27,932 bases of DNA, taken from the NCBI GenBank assembly GCA_963743305.1, contig CAVUPH010000031.1:1-27932 (forward strand), written 5' to 3'. The stretch comes from an uncultured delta proteobacterium. Lineage in GTDB: Bacteria > Desulfobacterota > RBG-13-43-22. The position numbers and the translations under genes are program-made. The notes below the pieces were generated by a model. It was not told where the DNA came from and did not search any database. It saw nothing but the letters and a program-made list of their open reading frames with translations. Shown here piece after piece: positions 9,150 to 18,524 of this stretch (position 1 is its first letter; the number at the start of each line of letters is the position of its first letter).

Positions 9150-10301
9150 TTACACCGGTCCCAGCCCCAGCCTGCGGGCGATGATCAGCTTCATGATCTC
9201 GGTGGTGCCGGCGAAGATGGAGAGGCTGCGGGCGTCCCGGAAGAGGCGGCTGATGCGGTACTCCTCCATATAGCCGTAGCCGCCGTGGAGTTGCACGGCC
9301 TGGTAGGCGACGCGGTTGACCATTTCCCCCAGCCAGGCCTTGGCCATGGAGACCTTGGTGACGATGTCGTCGCCCCGGATGTATTCGGCCGCCAGGGTGT
9401 TCAGGTAGGTGCGGCCGATATCCACCTCGGTGGCCATCTCGGCCAGCTTGAAGGCGTTGTGCTGGAAGCTGCCGATAGTCCGGCCGAAGGCCTCCCGCAT
9501 TTTGGCATAACTCAAGGCCTCTTTCAGGCATTCCTCGGCCATGGCCTGGCACTTGACGCAGACCTCCAGCCGCTCCCGGGCCAGCTTCTCCATCATGTAC
9601 TTGAAGCCCCGGCCCTCTTCCCCTAACCGGTTTCCGATCGGTACCCGGCAGTCCTCGAAAAAGAGCTCGGCCGTGTCCTGCATGTGATAACCCATCTTTT
9701 CCAATTTGCGGCCCGGAGAAAATCCCGGGGTCCCTTTTTCCACCACTACCAGACTGATCCCTCCCGGTCCTAAGTCGGAAGGTTCGATCCGCACCGCCAG
9801 CACCACCACATCGGCAAAAATGCCATTGGTGATAAAGGTCTTCTGACCGTTGATGACGTAGTGGTCACCCTGCCGGACGGCTTTGGTCCGGATAGCGGCC
9901 AGGTCCGACCCGGCGTTGGGTTCGGTCAGACCGATGCAGGCGATGATTTCCCCCGTGGTGCAGCCCGGCAGGATTCTTTTTTTCAGATCTTCCGAGGCGT
10001 ACGAATAGATATACGGCACGGCCACATCGGCATGCAGCGGGACGCCGACTCCGAAACCATCGGCCCGGATCAGTTCTTCGCCGATGATGATCGAATAGCT
10101 GAAATCCAGGCCCAGCCCGCCGTAGGCTTCCGGCAGCCAAGGACAGAGATAGCCCTGCCCGCCCAGTCTTTCCCAAAGCTCCCGGGGTACGGCCCGGTCC
10201 CGCTCCCAAGCATCCACATGGGGAGTAATCTCCCGGGCGCAAAATTTCCGAAATTCCTGCCGGAACAGGCGTTGTTCATCGTTGTCTTCAAAGAGGGACA
10301 T
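9150..10301 (-). CDS. Acyl-CoA dehydrogenase (LCAD-type)
   Basis: LTEPNAGSDL, INGQKTFITNG and QLHGGYGY motifs. The helix-G Glu (ARERL) is present and the MCAD-type Glu is absent (IFAGT). Confidence 0.95.
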   Translation of the reverse strand: MSLFEDNDEQRLFRQEFRKFCAREITPHVDAWERDRAVPRELWERLGGQGYLCPWLPEAYGGLGLDFSYSIIIGEELIRADGFGVGVPLHADVAVPYIYSYASEDLKKRILPGCTTGEIIACIGLTEPNAGSDLAAIRTKAVRQGDHYVINGQKTFITNGIFADVVVLAVRIEPSDLGPGGISLVVVEKGTPGFSPGRKLEKMGYHMQDTAELFFEDCRVPIGNRLGEEGRGFKYMMEKLARERLEVCVKCQAMAEECLKEALSYAKMREAFGRTIGSFQHNAFKLAEMATEVDIGRTYLNTLAAEYIRGDDIVTKVSMAKAWLGEMVNRVAYQAVQLHGGYGYMEEYRISRLFRDARSLSIFAGTTEIMKLIIARRLGLGPV

Positions 10302-10321
10302 GTTGTTTTAATTCCTTTGTC

Positions 10322-11167
10322 TTAGCTTCTTTTTTTCCGGTTATAGTTGGTATACCGCCGGGCCATGCGATCCCGGCCCAGCATGAGGTCCACGCCCAGG
10401 ATGAAGGGCTTCATCCGGGCGGCATCGACGATGGCGCAGTTGAGGCCGGCCCGGATGGCCAGGGCCAGAAAGACGGCGTTGACGGCCAACCGGTTCGGCA
10501 GGCCGAAAGAGACGTTGCTGGCCCCCAGGACGAGATTGACCCCGGTTTCCCGCTTGACGGTTTCCAGGGTTTCCAGCGTGATCAAGACGGCTTTGTCGTT
10601 GACCGCACTCGATTCCGCCAGGCAATCGAGCAGCAGGTCCTCCCGCGGTATTCCCAGGTCACTCGTCCGTTCCAGGATATGCCGGGCGATCTCGAGTCTT
10701 TTTTGAGGGTCCTTGGGGATGCCTACCCCCCCGGAAGTCATGGCCACCAGGGCGGTCCCGTACTGTTTTACCAGGGGAAGGATTTTGTCCAGCAGCGGGT
10801 CCTCCCCGGTGACCGAACTGATGACCGGCTTTCCGCAACCCAATCGTAGAGCGTTTTCCAGCGCCGTCGGGTTTCGGCTTTCCAGGCAAAGCGGTATATC
10901 AACGGTCTCCATGACGGTTCTGGCCACCTGAGGAAGAACCACGGTCTCATCGATCCCGAAGGTGGCCACGCTGATAATCAGGATATCGGCCCCGGCCTCC
11001 GCCTGTTTTAGCGCCTCGCGGCGAATGGGCTCCAGGTTCCCCGATTTCATGGCTTCTTTGAGAGGACCCTTGCCGAAAGGGTTGATCCGTTCACCGATAA
11101 GAACCGTCGGCCGGCCATCCCCGATAATCACTTCCTTGCCCTGAGGGCTCTTCACAACTGTATCCAT
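10322..11167 (-). CDS. Pterin-binding methyltransferase (AcsE/MeTr, MetH pterin-domain-like; MT2 of a corrinoid system), variant
   Basis: IGERINP, LLLDCL and GASNVSFGLP motifs; directly downstream of corrinoid and UroD-fold genes. Confidence 0.88.
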   Translation of the reverse strand: MDTVVKSPQGKEVIIGDGRPTVLIGERINPFGKGPLKEAMKSGNLEPIRREALKQAEAGADILIISVATFGIDETVVLPQVARTVMETVDIPLCLESRNPTALENALRLGCGKPVISSVTGEDPLLDKILPLVKQYGTALVAMTSGGVGIPKDPQKRLEIARHILERTSDLGIPREDLLLDCLAESSAVNDKAVLITLETLETVKRETGVNLVLGASNVSFGLPNRLAVNAVFLALAIRAGLNCAIVDAARMKPFILGVDLMLGRDRMARRYTNYNRKKRS

Positions 11168-11190
11168 TTCCTAAAATCTCCAAAATCCTT

Positions 11191-11325
11191 AAATCCGAAA
11201 CTCGAAATCCGAAACAAATTCAAATGACCCAATGTTCAAAAATTCGAAACAATGATTTCGTTTCGGTAATTTGAATTTTGCAGCGTGGTCTTTGTTTCGG
11301 ATTTCGTGCTTCGAATTTCGAGTTT
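11191..11325. repeat. AT-rich imperfect palindrome built from 7-nt units (AAATCCG/AAACTCG...CGGATTT/CGAGTTT)
   Basis: CGAAATCCGAAACAAA (11203-11218) pairs perfectly with 11291-11306; AAACTCGAAAT pairs with 11315-11325; imperfect inner arms. Confidence 0.8.
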
Positions 11326-11331
11326 AGTGTT

Positions 11332-12583
11332 TTAATACACCCCATATTCCCTTGTAAAATCAATCAGGGCCTTCACATTTTCCGGTTTGGCGTCGTCCAG
11401 GCCGGTGGAGGTGTCCATGATGTATCCGCCGCCCTTGGCCACCGTGTCGATCAGGTTTTTACAGTACGTCCCGGACCTGATCCGGTGTGCCGGTGGCCAT
11501 GATGGACAGGGGGACGTTGCCCCGGATGCAGACCCTGCCGCCGAGGACCTTCTTGGCCTGAACCATGTCGGTGGCCTCAAAGGCGTAGCAGGCCTTGCCC
11601 TCCGGAATATCCTTAATGGTCTCCAGACGGGTGGTGCAGTTCCCTTCCCACAGGGGGCAGGGGTTGAGCCCCTCTTTGATCAAGGTATGCATCAGGTCTC
11701 GGAGAGTAGGCCAGAAGAAGCGATCGAACTGCTCCTTGGACATGAAATTGTCCAGCCCCCAGTGGATCGGGATAAACACCCGGGGGTTCCCCGAGGCCCG
11801 GGTCCCGGTCACCGCCATTTCGACCATGAAGGGCAGCAGCTTCTCGCAGGCCTGAACCACTTTCTCCGGCCTCCGGTACATGTCGAGCATGGTGCCCTTC
11901 ATCCCCCGGAAGAAGTCGCTCAGGGTGTCAAAGGGGGCCTGGCAAATACCTCCGACCTGCATGGGAAAACCCGCTTCCCGGGCCTCCTTGGTAAAACGCT
12001 GGCCGTAGGCGGCGATCTCCATGGACTTTTCTCCGGCCTTGACCAGCGTTTCCAGGGCCGCTTTGACCTCCGGCTGGGCAAATCCCCGAAAGCCCATGGA
12101 GACCCCCAGGTAATAGCTGATAATATTGTGGAGGGGCGGGAGCTGCTGCAAGCCGCTCAGCCCCCCCATGATGCGGGGCCAGAACCTCCGGATCATGAAA
12201 TCGGTGGGGTCGAGTAGAAAATGATCGTACTCCTCGGCTTTCATATACTCGCCCTCGACATACTGATACGTCCGGTTGGCGGTTACCCCGTGGCCGGGCC
12301 ACTTCAGGGGCTTGAAATCCAGGGTTTCCAGGATGGGGCCCAGGAAACGCAAGCCGAAGGGGTTGTTGTCCATGTCCGGCTCGAAATCGATCATGGTCTT
12401 CCACTGGGCCTCGAAAAGTTTATCCGGGTCGTACATCAGTTCCTGGACGGTTATTCCACAGTACTTGGCCGGGAAAAAGGCGAAAAAAACCAGAATGGGT
12501 ACCCGATCCGGGACGCGCAAGGCGATGGCGTCCAGAACCCTCTTTTCCCGTTGTTGATAAAGTTCGGCAGCGGTTTCTTTCAT
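11332..12583 (-). pseudogene. UroD/MtaA-fold (uroporphyrinogen decarboxylase family) putative substrate:corrinoid methyltransferase with one +1 frameshift near the 3' end
   Basis: PDRVP, LKWPGHG, PFDTLSDFFRGMKG and FMSKEQFDRFFWP motifs. An extra base at ~11467-11472 diverts the frame from YCKNLIDTVAKGGGYIM...EYGVY*, which matches the C-terminus of the intact paralog. Confidence 0.88.
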
Positions 12584-12585
12584 CC

Positions 12586-13215
12586 TCATTCTCCTATCCA
12601 CTGTTTGCAGAGGTTGACCGCGGCGATAGCGTCGCGACCGTAGGCGTCGGCCTTCACATATTGTCGGATCTCCTCATCGATCTGCCCGCCGCCGATCATA
12701 ATCTTTATATTTTTCCTTAACCCCGCCGCCTCGAGGGCTTCGATGGTCTGCTTCATGGAATCGAAGGCCAGGGTCAGAAAGGCGCTCAGGCCCACCACCC
12801 GGGGCTGAAACTCCCGGGTCTTCTCGACCACTGTTTCAATCGGCACGTCGATGCCCAGGTCGAGCACTTCATAGCCGCTCACCTCCAGCATAAAGACGAC
12901 GATATCTTTACCGATGTCATGGATGTCCCCCTCGACGGTGGCGATAATAACCCGCCCTTTCTTGGGGCCCTCCTCGCCCTGGGTCAGCAGCGGCTTGACG
13001 ATCGCCGAGATGGCCGTCAGGATCTCCCCGGCCATGACCAGGTCCGGGATGAAATACTCGTACGTTTCAAATCGTTTTCCCACGATCTCCATGGCCGCCC
13101 GGGCGGCGGCCAGGATCTCCAGGGGATCCGTTTTCGCGGCTACCAGTTCCTGGACGCGTCCCAGGGTTTCCTCCTCCTTCAGGTCCGCCATCAGGTCTAT
13201 CAATTTTTGATCCAT
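12586..13215 (-). CDS. Corrinoid (cobalamin-binding) protein, copy 1
   Basis: B12 cap domain plus DIHDIG (DxHxxG), GLSAFLT and IMIGGG motifs; RBS GGAGG. Confidence 0.95.
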   Translation of the reverse strand: MDQKLIDLMADLKEEETLGRVQELVAAKTDPLEILAAARAAMEIVGKRFETYEYFIPDLVMAGEILTAISAIVKPLLTQGEEGPKKGRVIIATVEGDIHDIGKDIVVFMLEVSGYEVLDLGIDVPIETVVEKTREFQPRVVGLSAFLTLAFDSMKQTIEALEAAGLRKNIKIMIGGGQIDEEIRQYVKADAYGRDAIAAVNLCKQWIGE

Positions 13216-13271
13216 TAAAACCTCCGTTTAATACGAAAATAGAAGATTCGGTGGTTATTCCAACCCTATTG

Positions 13272-13386
13272 AAATCCCCCTAAATCCCCCTTTGCTAAAG
13301 GGGGACTTTAATTCCCCCCTTTGGCAGAGGGGGGCGGGGGGGGATTTTCAGGCTTCGTGGGTGGCCGTAGACGGGCATAGGGGTTT
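13272..13386. repeat. C/G-tract REP-like palindromic element (two hairpins inside an outer stem)
   Basis: AAATCCCCC...GGGGGATTT outer arms (13272-13347) enclose TCCCCCTTT-GCT-AAAGGGGGA and CCCCCCT-TTGGCAG-AGGGGGG. The right boundary is uncertain. Confidence 0.7.
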
Positions 13387-13430
13387 AGCCTGAGAAGAGG
13401 AGTGGATTGTCCCCCTGCCCTAACGTCGGA

Positions 13431-14621
13431 TTATTTCCCCTTATAAAGCTTCCAGGTCCCCTTCTCGATCACCACCGGCACATAGCATTTGGGCCCCAGG
13501 CCGTTATGGTTTTCGGGGGAATAATTGAAGACGCCGTTTTGCCCGACAAATCCCTTAATTTTCTCCAGGTTGTCCCGAAGCTGCTCCCTGATTTTAATCA
13601 AGTCATTGGCATTGGCCGGGTCCAGTTTGGGGTCCACCTTTTTCAAGGCCTCCGCCGTCAGATAGACCTGGTCCCAGGGATGGCCGGCATAGAGGCTGAA
13701 GGCCCCGTGGAGCTTGGTGTATTTGGTATATAAATCCATGGCCACTTTCTTTTGGATGTCGTTCGCCGGCAGGTCCGGGGCAATCAGGGTTTTCAGGGAA
13801 GTACTGACGATCCCTTCCACGTATTTTCCGCCCAGGTCGATGAACTCCGGACCGACCACCGCATAATCGCTGACGATGGGATGGGTAAAACCCTGGTCCC
13901 GGGCGTTTTTGATCACAATGACCGTATCCGGCACGTTTCCGGTGATCAGCAGGCCATCCACCCCGGCGGCCTTGAGGTGGGTGATCTGGGGGCTCATATC
14001 GGTGCTTCCCGGGGCGTATTTCTCCACCACGGCCGGGGTGATCTTCAGCTCTTTGACCGCCCAATCGAAAACTTCTTTTCCGGCCTGGCCGTAGGCGGTG
14101 TCAATGTACAGGTAGGCGATCTTTTTGGCCCCCCGTTGCAGCAGGTTTTCCAGCAGTACGGGGATGGAGGCCTCCCGCTGGCGGGGAACGACGTTGAAGA
14201 CCCATTTCTTGGTAGGGATCCAGAGTTTATCTATGGGGGTGGCGGCGATCATCGGGATTTTCGCGGATTCGACGGTCTGCAGGACGGCCATGGCGGCTCC
14301 GGAGGAGCTGTAGCCCCCGAGCAGGACGGCCTTATCCACTTCGATTAATCGCTTGGTGTGAATGACCGCTTTAGCCGGCTCGCTCTCCGTGTCATAATAA
14401 ACCACTTTCAGTTGCCTGCCGTTTACGCCGCCGGCGGCATTGATCGTATTCACGGCGATCTCCATGCCCCTTTTTCCGCCGATTCCCAGATTGGACTGGC
14501 GGCCGGTCATGTCCAAAACGCCGCCGATGATGTAGGGGGCCTTCTGGGCCTGACTGCTGCCGGGTATAAAGCATACCGCACCTACGACCAGGGCCAGGGT
14601 GATAAAAAATACGCGTTTCAT
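13431..14621 (-). CDS. ABC transporter substrate-binding protein (Liv/HAAT family)
   Basis: Start moved to ATG 14621 (RBS AAGGAGG); signal peptide MKRVFF...SQA; INAAGGVNGRQL, YDTESEP and YGQAG motifs. Confidence 0.92.
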   Translation of the reverse strand: MKRVFFITLALVVGAVCFIPGSSQAQKAPYIIGGVLDMTGRQSNLGIGGKRGMEIAVNTINAAGGVNGRQLKVVYYDTESEPAKAVIHTKRLIEVDKAVLLGGYSSSGAAMAVLQTVESAKIPMIAATPIDKLWIPTKKWVFNVVPRQREASIPVLLENLLQRGAKKIAYLYIDTAYGQAGKEVFDWAVKELKITPAVVEKYAPGSTDMSPQITHLKAAGVDGLLITGNVPDTVIVIKNARDQGFTHPIVSDYAVVGPEFIDLGGKYVEGIVSTSLKTLIAPDLPANDIQKKVAMDLYTKYTKLHGAFSLYAGHPWDQVYLTAEALKKVDPKLDPANANDLIKIREQLRDNLEKIKGFVGQNGVFNYSPENHNGLGPKCYVPVVIEKGTWKLYKGK

Positions 14622-14740
14622 CTGTTGTCCTCCTTCTTTAATGGTGGTGGTTGAAAAAAGTCTTACCAATAAAATTTGAAATTTCCTTGGTTCTAATAAA
14701 AACCGCCTCTAAATAACTATAGGCCGATGGCGGAGAGGCT

Positions 14741-14935
14741 CCCCCTCCCTTGACGGGAGGGGGGCTTCGACGTGAGCCCTTCGGCAGTGAGCCCATCGAC
14801 TCTGACTTCAGGGCCTTGAGCTTGTCGAAAAGGCTCAGGGCCGAACTGCTCAGCCGAACGTTGGGGGGTGGGTGAATTCCCGAATCTTCACGCAACCGGC
14901 TTCACCCCCACCCTAACCCCCCGTCAAGGGGGAGG
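14741..14935. repeat. Composite ~195-bp inverted repeat with a nested TTCGAC/GCTCAG-type element
   Basis: Outer arms CCCCTCCCTTGACGGG / CCCGTCAAGGGGGAGG and GGGGGTGGGTGAA / TTCACCCCCACCC; insert at 14765-14860. Confidence 0.8.
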
Positions 14936-15057
14936 CGAGAATTAAGACCAAAATGCTGCAAATTTTCAAAGCGCTTAAGAATTGCATTTTTTATATTGTT
15001 CCTTCTATTTTGAGGCCTATAATATACCTATTTCATTATAACGTCCGGTATAGTTTC

Positions 15058-15834
15058 TCAGCCGCCCAGATAAGCGGATTGGATGATCGGACTATCGACC
15101 ACCTCCCCGGCCGGGCCCTTCAGGACAATCTCGCCCCTTTCCAGCACATAGACATAGTCGGCAATCTTCAGGGCCGCTCGGGCGTTCTGCTCCACCAGCA
15201 GCAGGGAGATATCCCCCTGTCGGGCTATTTTTTTCAGGACGCGCATCACTTCCGCCACCAGCAGGGGTGAAAGCCCCAGCGAGGGTTCGTCCAGGGCCAG
15301 CAGTTTCGGCATGGCCATCAGCGCCCGGCCGATGGCCAGCATCTGTTGTTGGCCGCCGGACATGGTCTCCGCTTTCTGTTTGACTCGTTCTTCCAGGATG
15401 GGGAAAAGGGTAAAGACCATTTTAAGGCGATCGCCCAGGGCCTCTCTTCTCTTCTCGCCGGACAGCGAGTAGGTCCCGATGAGCAGATTATCCATCACGC
15501 TCAGAGAACCGAAAAGTTCCCGCCCCTCGGGAACGCTGGCGATCCCTTGGACAATGACCCGATGCGTCGGCAGGCCTTCGATGGGCCGGCCCTCAAAAGA
15601 AATCCTCCCTGCCCGGGGGGTCAGCAATCCCGTGAGGGTCTTGAGTAAGGTGGTTTTCCCGGCGCCGTTGCTGCCCAGAAGGGCCACGATCTGTCCGGCC
15701 CGGACGGTTAGGGAAATCTCCTTCAGGACCTGGGCTTCTCCGTAAAAGGTGGAAACCGCCTCCAGCCGGAGACGAGGTGTTCCCCCGTTTCCCGGGGTTT
15801 CCGGTACGCTGACCTTCACCCGGGGATCAGGCAA
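15058..15834 (-). CDS. livF: ABC transporter ATP-binding protein (LivF-like)
   Basis: GSNGAGKTT, VPEGRELF, MSGGQQQMLAIGRALM and DEPSLGLSP motifs; TTG 15834 with RBS GAGGAGG. Confidence 0.93.
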   Translation of the reverse strand: MPDPRVKVSVPETPGNGGTPRLRLEAVSTFYGEAQVLKEISLTVRAGQIVALLGSNGAGKTTLLKTLTGLLTPRAGRISFEGRPIEGLPTHRVIVQGIASVPEGRELFGSLSVMDNLLIGTYSLSGEKRREALGDRLKMVFTLFPILEERVKQKAETMSGGQQQMLAIGRALMAMPKLLALDEPSLGLSPLLVAEVMRVLKKIARQGDISLLLVEQNARAALKIADYVYVLERGEIVLKGPAGEVVDSPIIQSAYLGG

Positions 15835-16618
15835 CGGCCACCTCCTCACCCAGGTAGGCCTTGATCACGGTTTCGTTCCGCCTGATTTCCTCCGGAAGTC
15901 CTTCGGCAATCAAGGAGCCGCCGTCCAGGACCAGGACTTTTTCCGATAGGGACATGACGAAGGGCATATTGTGTTCCACGAGAAAGATGGTCAGCCCTTC
16001 GGAGCGGAGCCGGTATATCAGATCGACCAGTTTCGTGATCTCATGGGCCGCCAGACCGCCCACCGGTTCATCCAGCAGAAGAAATCGGGGCTTCATGCTC
16101 AGGGCCCGGGCCACTCCGACCAGCTTTCGTTCTCCCAGGGGCAGCTTGTCAATCGAGTCCCCGGCCTTATGTTCCAGGCCGATCAATTGCAGGTTGGCCA
16201 GGGCCGCTTCCCGTTCCTGTTTTTCCTCTCTCCGGGCCGAAGGCAGGGCCAGGCCGCAGGACACCATGCCGGCGCGGCTGCGCACGTGGCAGCCGACCAT
16301 GACGTTTTCCAGGACGGAGAGGCTGCCGAAGAGTTCTTCCAGTTGAAAGGTCCGGCCGATGCCCCGGGCGGCGATCTGATGAGCCGCCAGACCGGCGATA
16401 TTCTCCCCCTGAAAATGGATTCGACCCTGGTCCGCCGGATACAGGCCGGTGATGACATTGATCAAGGTCGTCTTCCCGGCCCCGTTGGGTCCGATCAGGG
16501 AGGTGATCCCGCCCTGATCCAAATGGAAGGAGACTCGGTTCAAGGCCAGGATACCGCCGAAGTGCCGGCTGATTTCCTTGACCTCCAGCCAGGCTTCAGG
16601 ACGGGTTGGCCCGCGCAC
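15827..16618 (-). CDS. livG: ABC transporter ATP-binding protein (LivG-like)
   Basis: GPNGAGKTT, GIGRTFQ, LLDEP, VEHNM and AYLG motifs; GTG 16618 with RBS AGGAGG. Confidence 0.92.
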   Translation of the reverse strand: MRGPTRPEAWLEVKEISRHFGGILALNRVSFHLDQGGITSLIGPNGAGKTTLINVITGLYPADQGRIHFQGENIAGLAAHQIAARGIGRTFQLEELFGSLSVLENVMVGCHVRSRAGMVSCGLALPSARREEKQEREAALANLQLIGLEHKAGDSIDKLPLGERKLVGVARALSMKPRFLLLDEPVGGLAAHEITKLVDLIYRLRSEGLTIFLVEHNMPFVMSLSEKVLVLDGGSLIAEGLPEEIRRNETVIKAYLGEEVAVA

Positions 16619-17588
16619 GAGACCTCCTGCCAGCCGGACCCAACCGTTCCAGCCACCCGGCCAGCCCGCCGGGCATGAAAATGAGGATGACGACGATAAT
16701 GATCCCGAAAAAAAGCGCATCCACTTCGGCCGTCATGACCGGCAGCACTTTTCCCAAGTAGGTATGGATCAGTTCCTGCAGCCACATGACGACCAGACTC
16801 CCGAGCAGGGGTCCGTAAAGGGTTTTCCCGCCGCCGATGATGATCATGGTGATCAATTGCACCAGGAGGGGAAACCCGAAAAGCGCGGGCATGATATAAC
16901 GAATCCAGAAACAGAAAAGGCTGCCCGCCAGACTGGCCAGGATAGCGGTGATAATGAATAACCGAAGTTTATAGGCCGCCACGTTGATCCCCAGGCAGCG
17001 GCTGGCCGTTTCGCTGTCATTAAAGGAGACGATGGCCCGGCCCATGCGGGAATGCATCAGATTGTTCAGAAACCAATAGGTTCCCAGACAGAGCCCCCAG
17101 GTTAGAAAATAAAAAGACCGGTCCCCCTCCAGGGCCAGTCCCCCGATGGACAGCGCCGGAATGCCCATCAGACCGTCGTGGCCGCCGGTCAGCGATCCCA
17201 GGTTGGCGATGACGATCTCGATGATCAACATCAGCGAGAAGGTGGCGCAGGCCAGGTAATACCCCTTGAGCCTGAGCAACGGAGCCCCCAAAACAAAAGC
17301 CAGCAGGGCGACGAACCCCGCGGCCAGCAGGATGGCCAGCAGGGGAGGCAACCCTTTGACCGCGGCGATGCCCGTCACGTAGGCGCCGAGTCCGAACCAG
17401 GTGGGATGGGCCAGGGAGAAGATCCCGGCCTGCTCCAGCAGCACGCCTTTCCCCAGGGCCAGGGCGCCGTAAATGGCGACAAAACACATGACCCCGATGA
17501 CGTAGGACCCGGACACCGCCAGCGGCAACAGGAAAACGGCCAGGGCAAAGACCAGGAAGGGCAGCGGGAACCGCGTCTCCGATTTCAT
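16596..17588 (-). CDS. livM: Branched-chain amino acid-type ABC permease (LivM-like)
   Basis: SLAH..WFGLGAY, LRLKGYYLA, TGGHDGL and SRMGRA motifs; ATG 17588 overlaps the upstream stop (ATGA). Confidence 0.92.
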   Translation of the reverse strand: MKSETRFPLPFLVFALAVFLLPLAVSGSYVIGVMCFVAIYGALALGKGVLLEQAGIFSLAHPTWFGLGAYVTGIAAVKGLPPLLAILLAAGFVALLAFVLGAPLLRLKGYYLACATFSLMLIIEIVIANLGSLTGGHDGLMGIPALSIGGLALEGDRSFYFLTWGLCLGTYWFLNNLMHSRMGRAIVSFNDSETASRCLGINVAAYKLRLFIITAILASLAGSLFCFWIRYIMPALFGFPLLVQLITMIIIGGGKTLYGPLLGSLVVMWLQELIHTYLGKVLPVMTAEVDALFFGIIIVVILIFMPGGLAGWLERLGPAGRRSRARANPS

Positions 17589-18457
17589 AGGGTCTTCCTC
17601 CGAAAGCGCCAGCGGTAGGTGCTGAGGACCAGAAAAATCACCATCACCAGCAGGGAAAAGACATCCTTCAAGCTCGCGGAGATGAAACCGGCGCAAAATC
17701 CTTCCAGCAGCCCCAAGGCCAGGGCGGCCAGGACCGTCCCGATGATCGTCCAACCGCCCACAATGGCGGCCACCAGCCCCTTCAACCCGTTTAACAGTCC
17801 GATTTCATATCCCGTGAAGGTAATCGGGGCGGTGACAATGCCGGTGAGGGCCCCCAGGCCTCCGGCCAGTCCGAAACAGAAAAGCCGGAAGCGGCTGATG
17901 TCGATGCCCATCAATTTGGCGCCGGTGGGGTTGACGGCCGAAGCCCGGAGCGCCTTACCGAACAGGGTATAGTTAAGGAACCAGGTGAGCCCGACGGTGA
18001 CGATAACCAGAAAACCGATCACCACGATTACCTGAGGGGTCACCGTGGCCCCCAGCACCTGGATGGGGGTATTCCCGAACAGCGGGTCAATCTTTCGGGT
18101 TTCCGAGCCCCATTGAAGCAGGATGACCCCCTTGATGATGGAGGCCAGGGCGATGGTCAGCATCATGTAGACCATCTCCGAAGGCTGCCTCACCGGCCGG
18201 ATGGCCGTTCGCTCCATGATGACGGCGATGGCAATGGTGGCGGCTACCGCCAGCAGGGAAGACGGCAACAGTCCCAACCCCGCGCTGTGAAAACCCCAGG
18301 TCAGCATCCCGCCCAGCATGACGAATTCACCGGTGGTGAAGTTGAGGACCTTGGTGATCAGATAGACTACGCTCCAGCAGATACCGAGTACGGCGTAAAT
18401 GCTGCCGCCGGTCAGGCCGGAAATAGCATATTGCAGAATTTGGGAGAAGAGGGTCAT
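17585..18457 (-). CDS. livH: Branched-chain amino acid-type ABC permease (LivH-like)
   Basis: GSIYAVLG, NFTTGEFVMLG, TLFGKALRA and KGLVAAIVGG motifs. Confidence 0.93.
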   Translation of the reverse strand: MTLFSQILQYAISGLTGGSIYAVLGICWSVVYLITKVLNFTTGEFVMLGGMLTWGFHSAGLGLLPSSLLAVAATIAIAVIMERTAIRPVRQPSEMVYMMLTIALASIIKGVILLQWGSETRKIDPLFGNTPIQVLGATVTPQVIVVIGFLVIVTVGLTWFLNYTLFGKALRASAVNPTGAKLMGIDISRFRLFCFGLAGGLGALTGIVTAPITFTGYEIGLLNGLKGLVAAIVGGWTIIGTVLAALALGLLEGFCAGFISASLKDVFSLLVMVIFLVLSTYRWRFRRKTL

Positions 18458-18524
18458 GGATCTTTTGTAATTAGTAAACTACTGAACTACTATACAATCT
18501 TTATACCATTCTTTTAACTGATGA

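Noticed and set aside
3105-9400. ACAD tails as a DGR template/variable repeat pair or as a simple assembly duplication
   Set aside because: No reverse transcriptase in the window and the differences are not adenine-specific. The copies are too diverged to be duplicated reads of one locus.
11191-14935. Intergenic repeats as CRISPR arrays, tRNAs or a cobalamin riboswitch
   Set aside because: No repeat-spacer periodicity, tRNA arms or B12-box could be recognised. A covariance-model scan would be needed to exclude an ncRNA fully.
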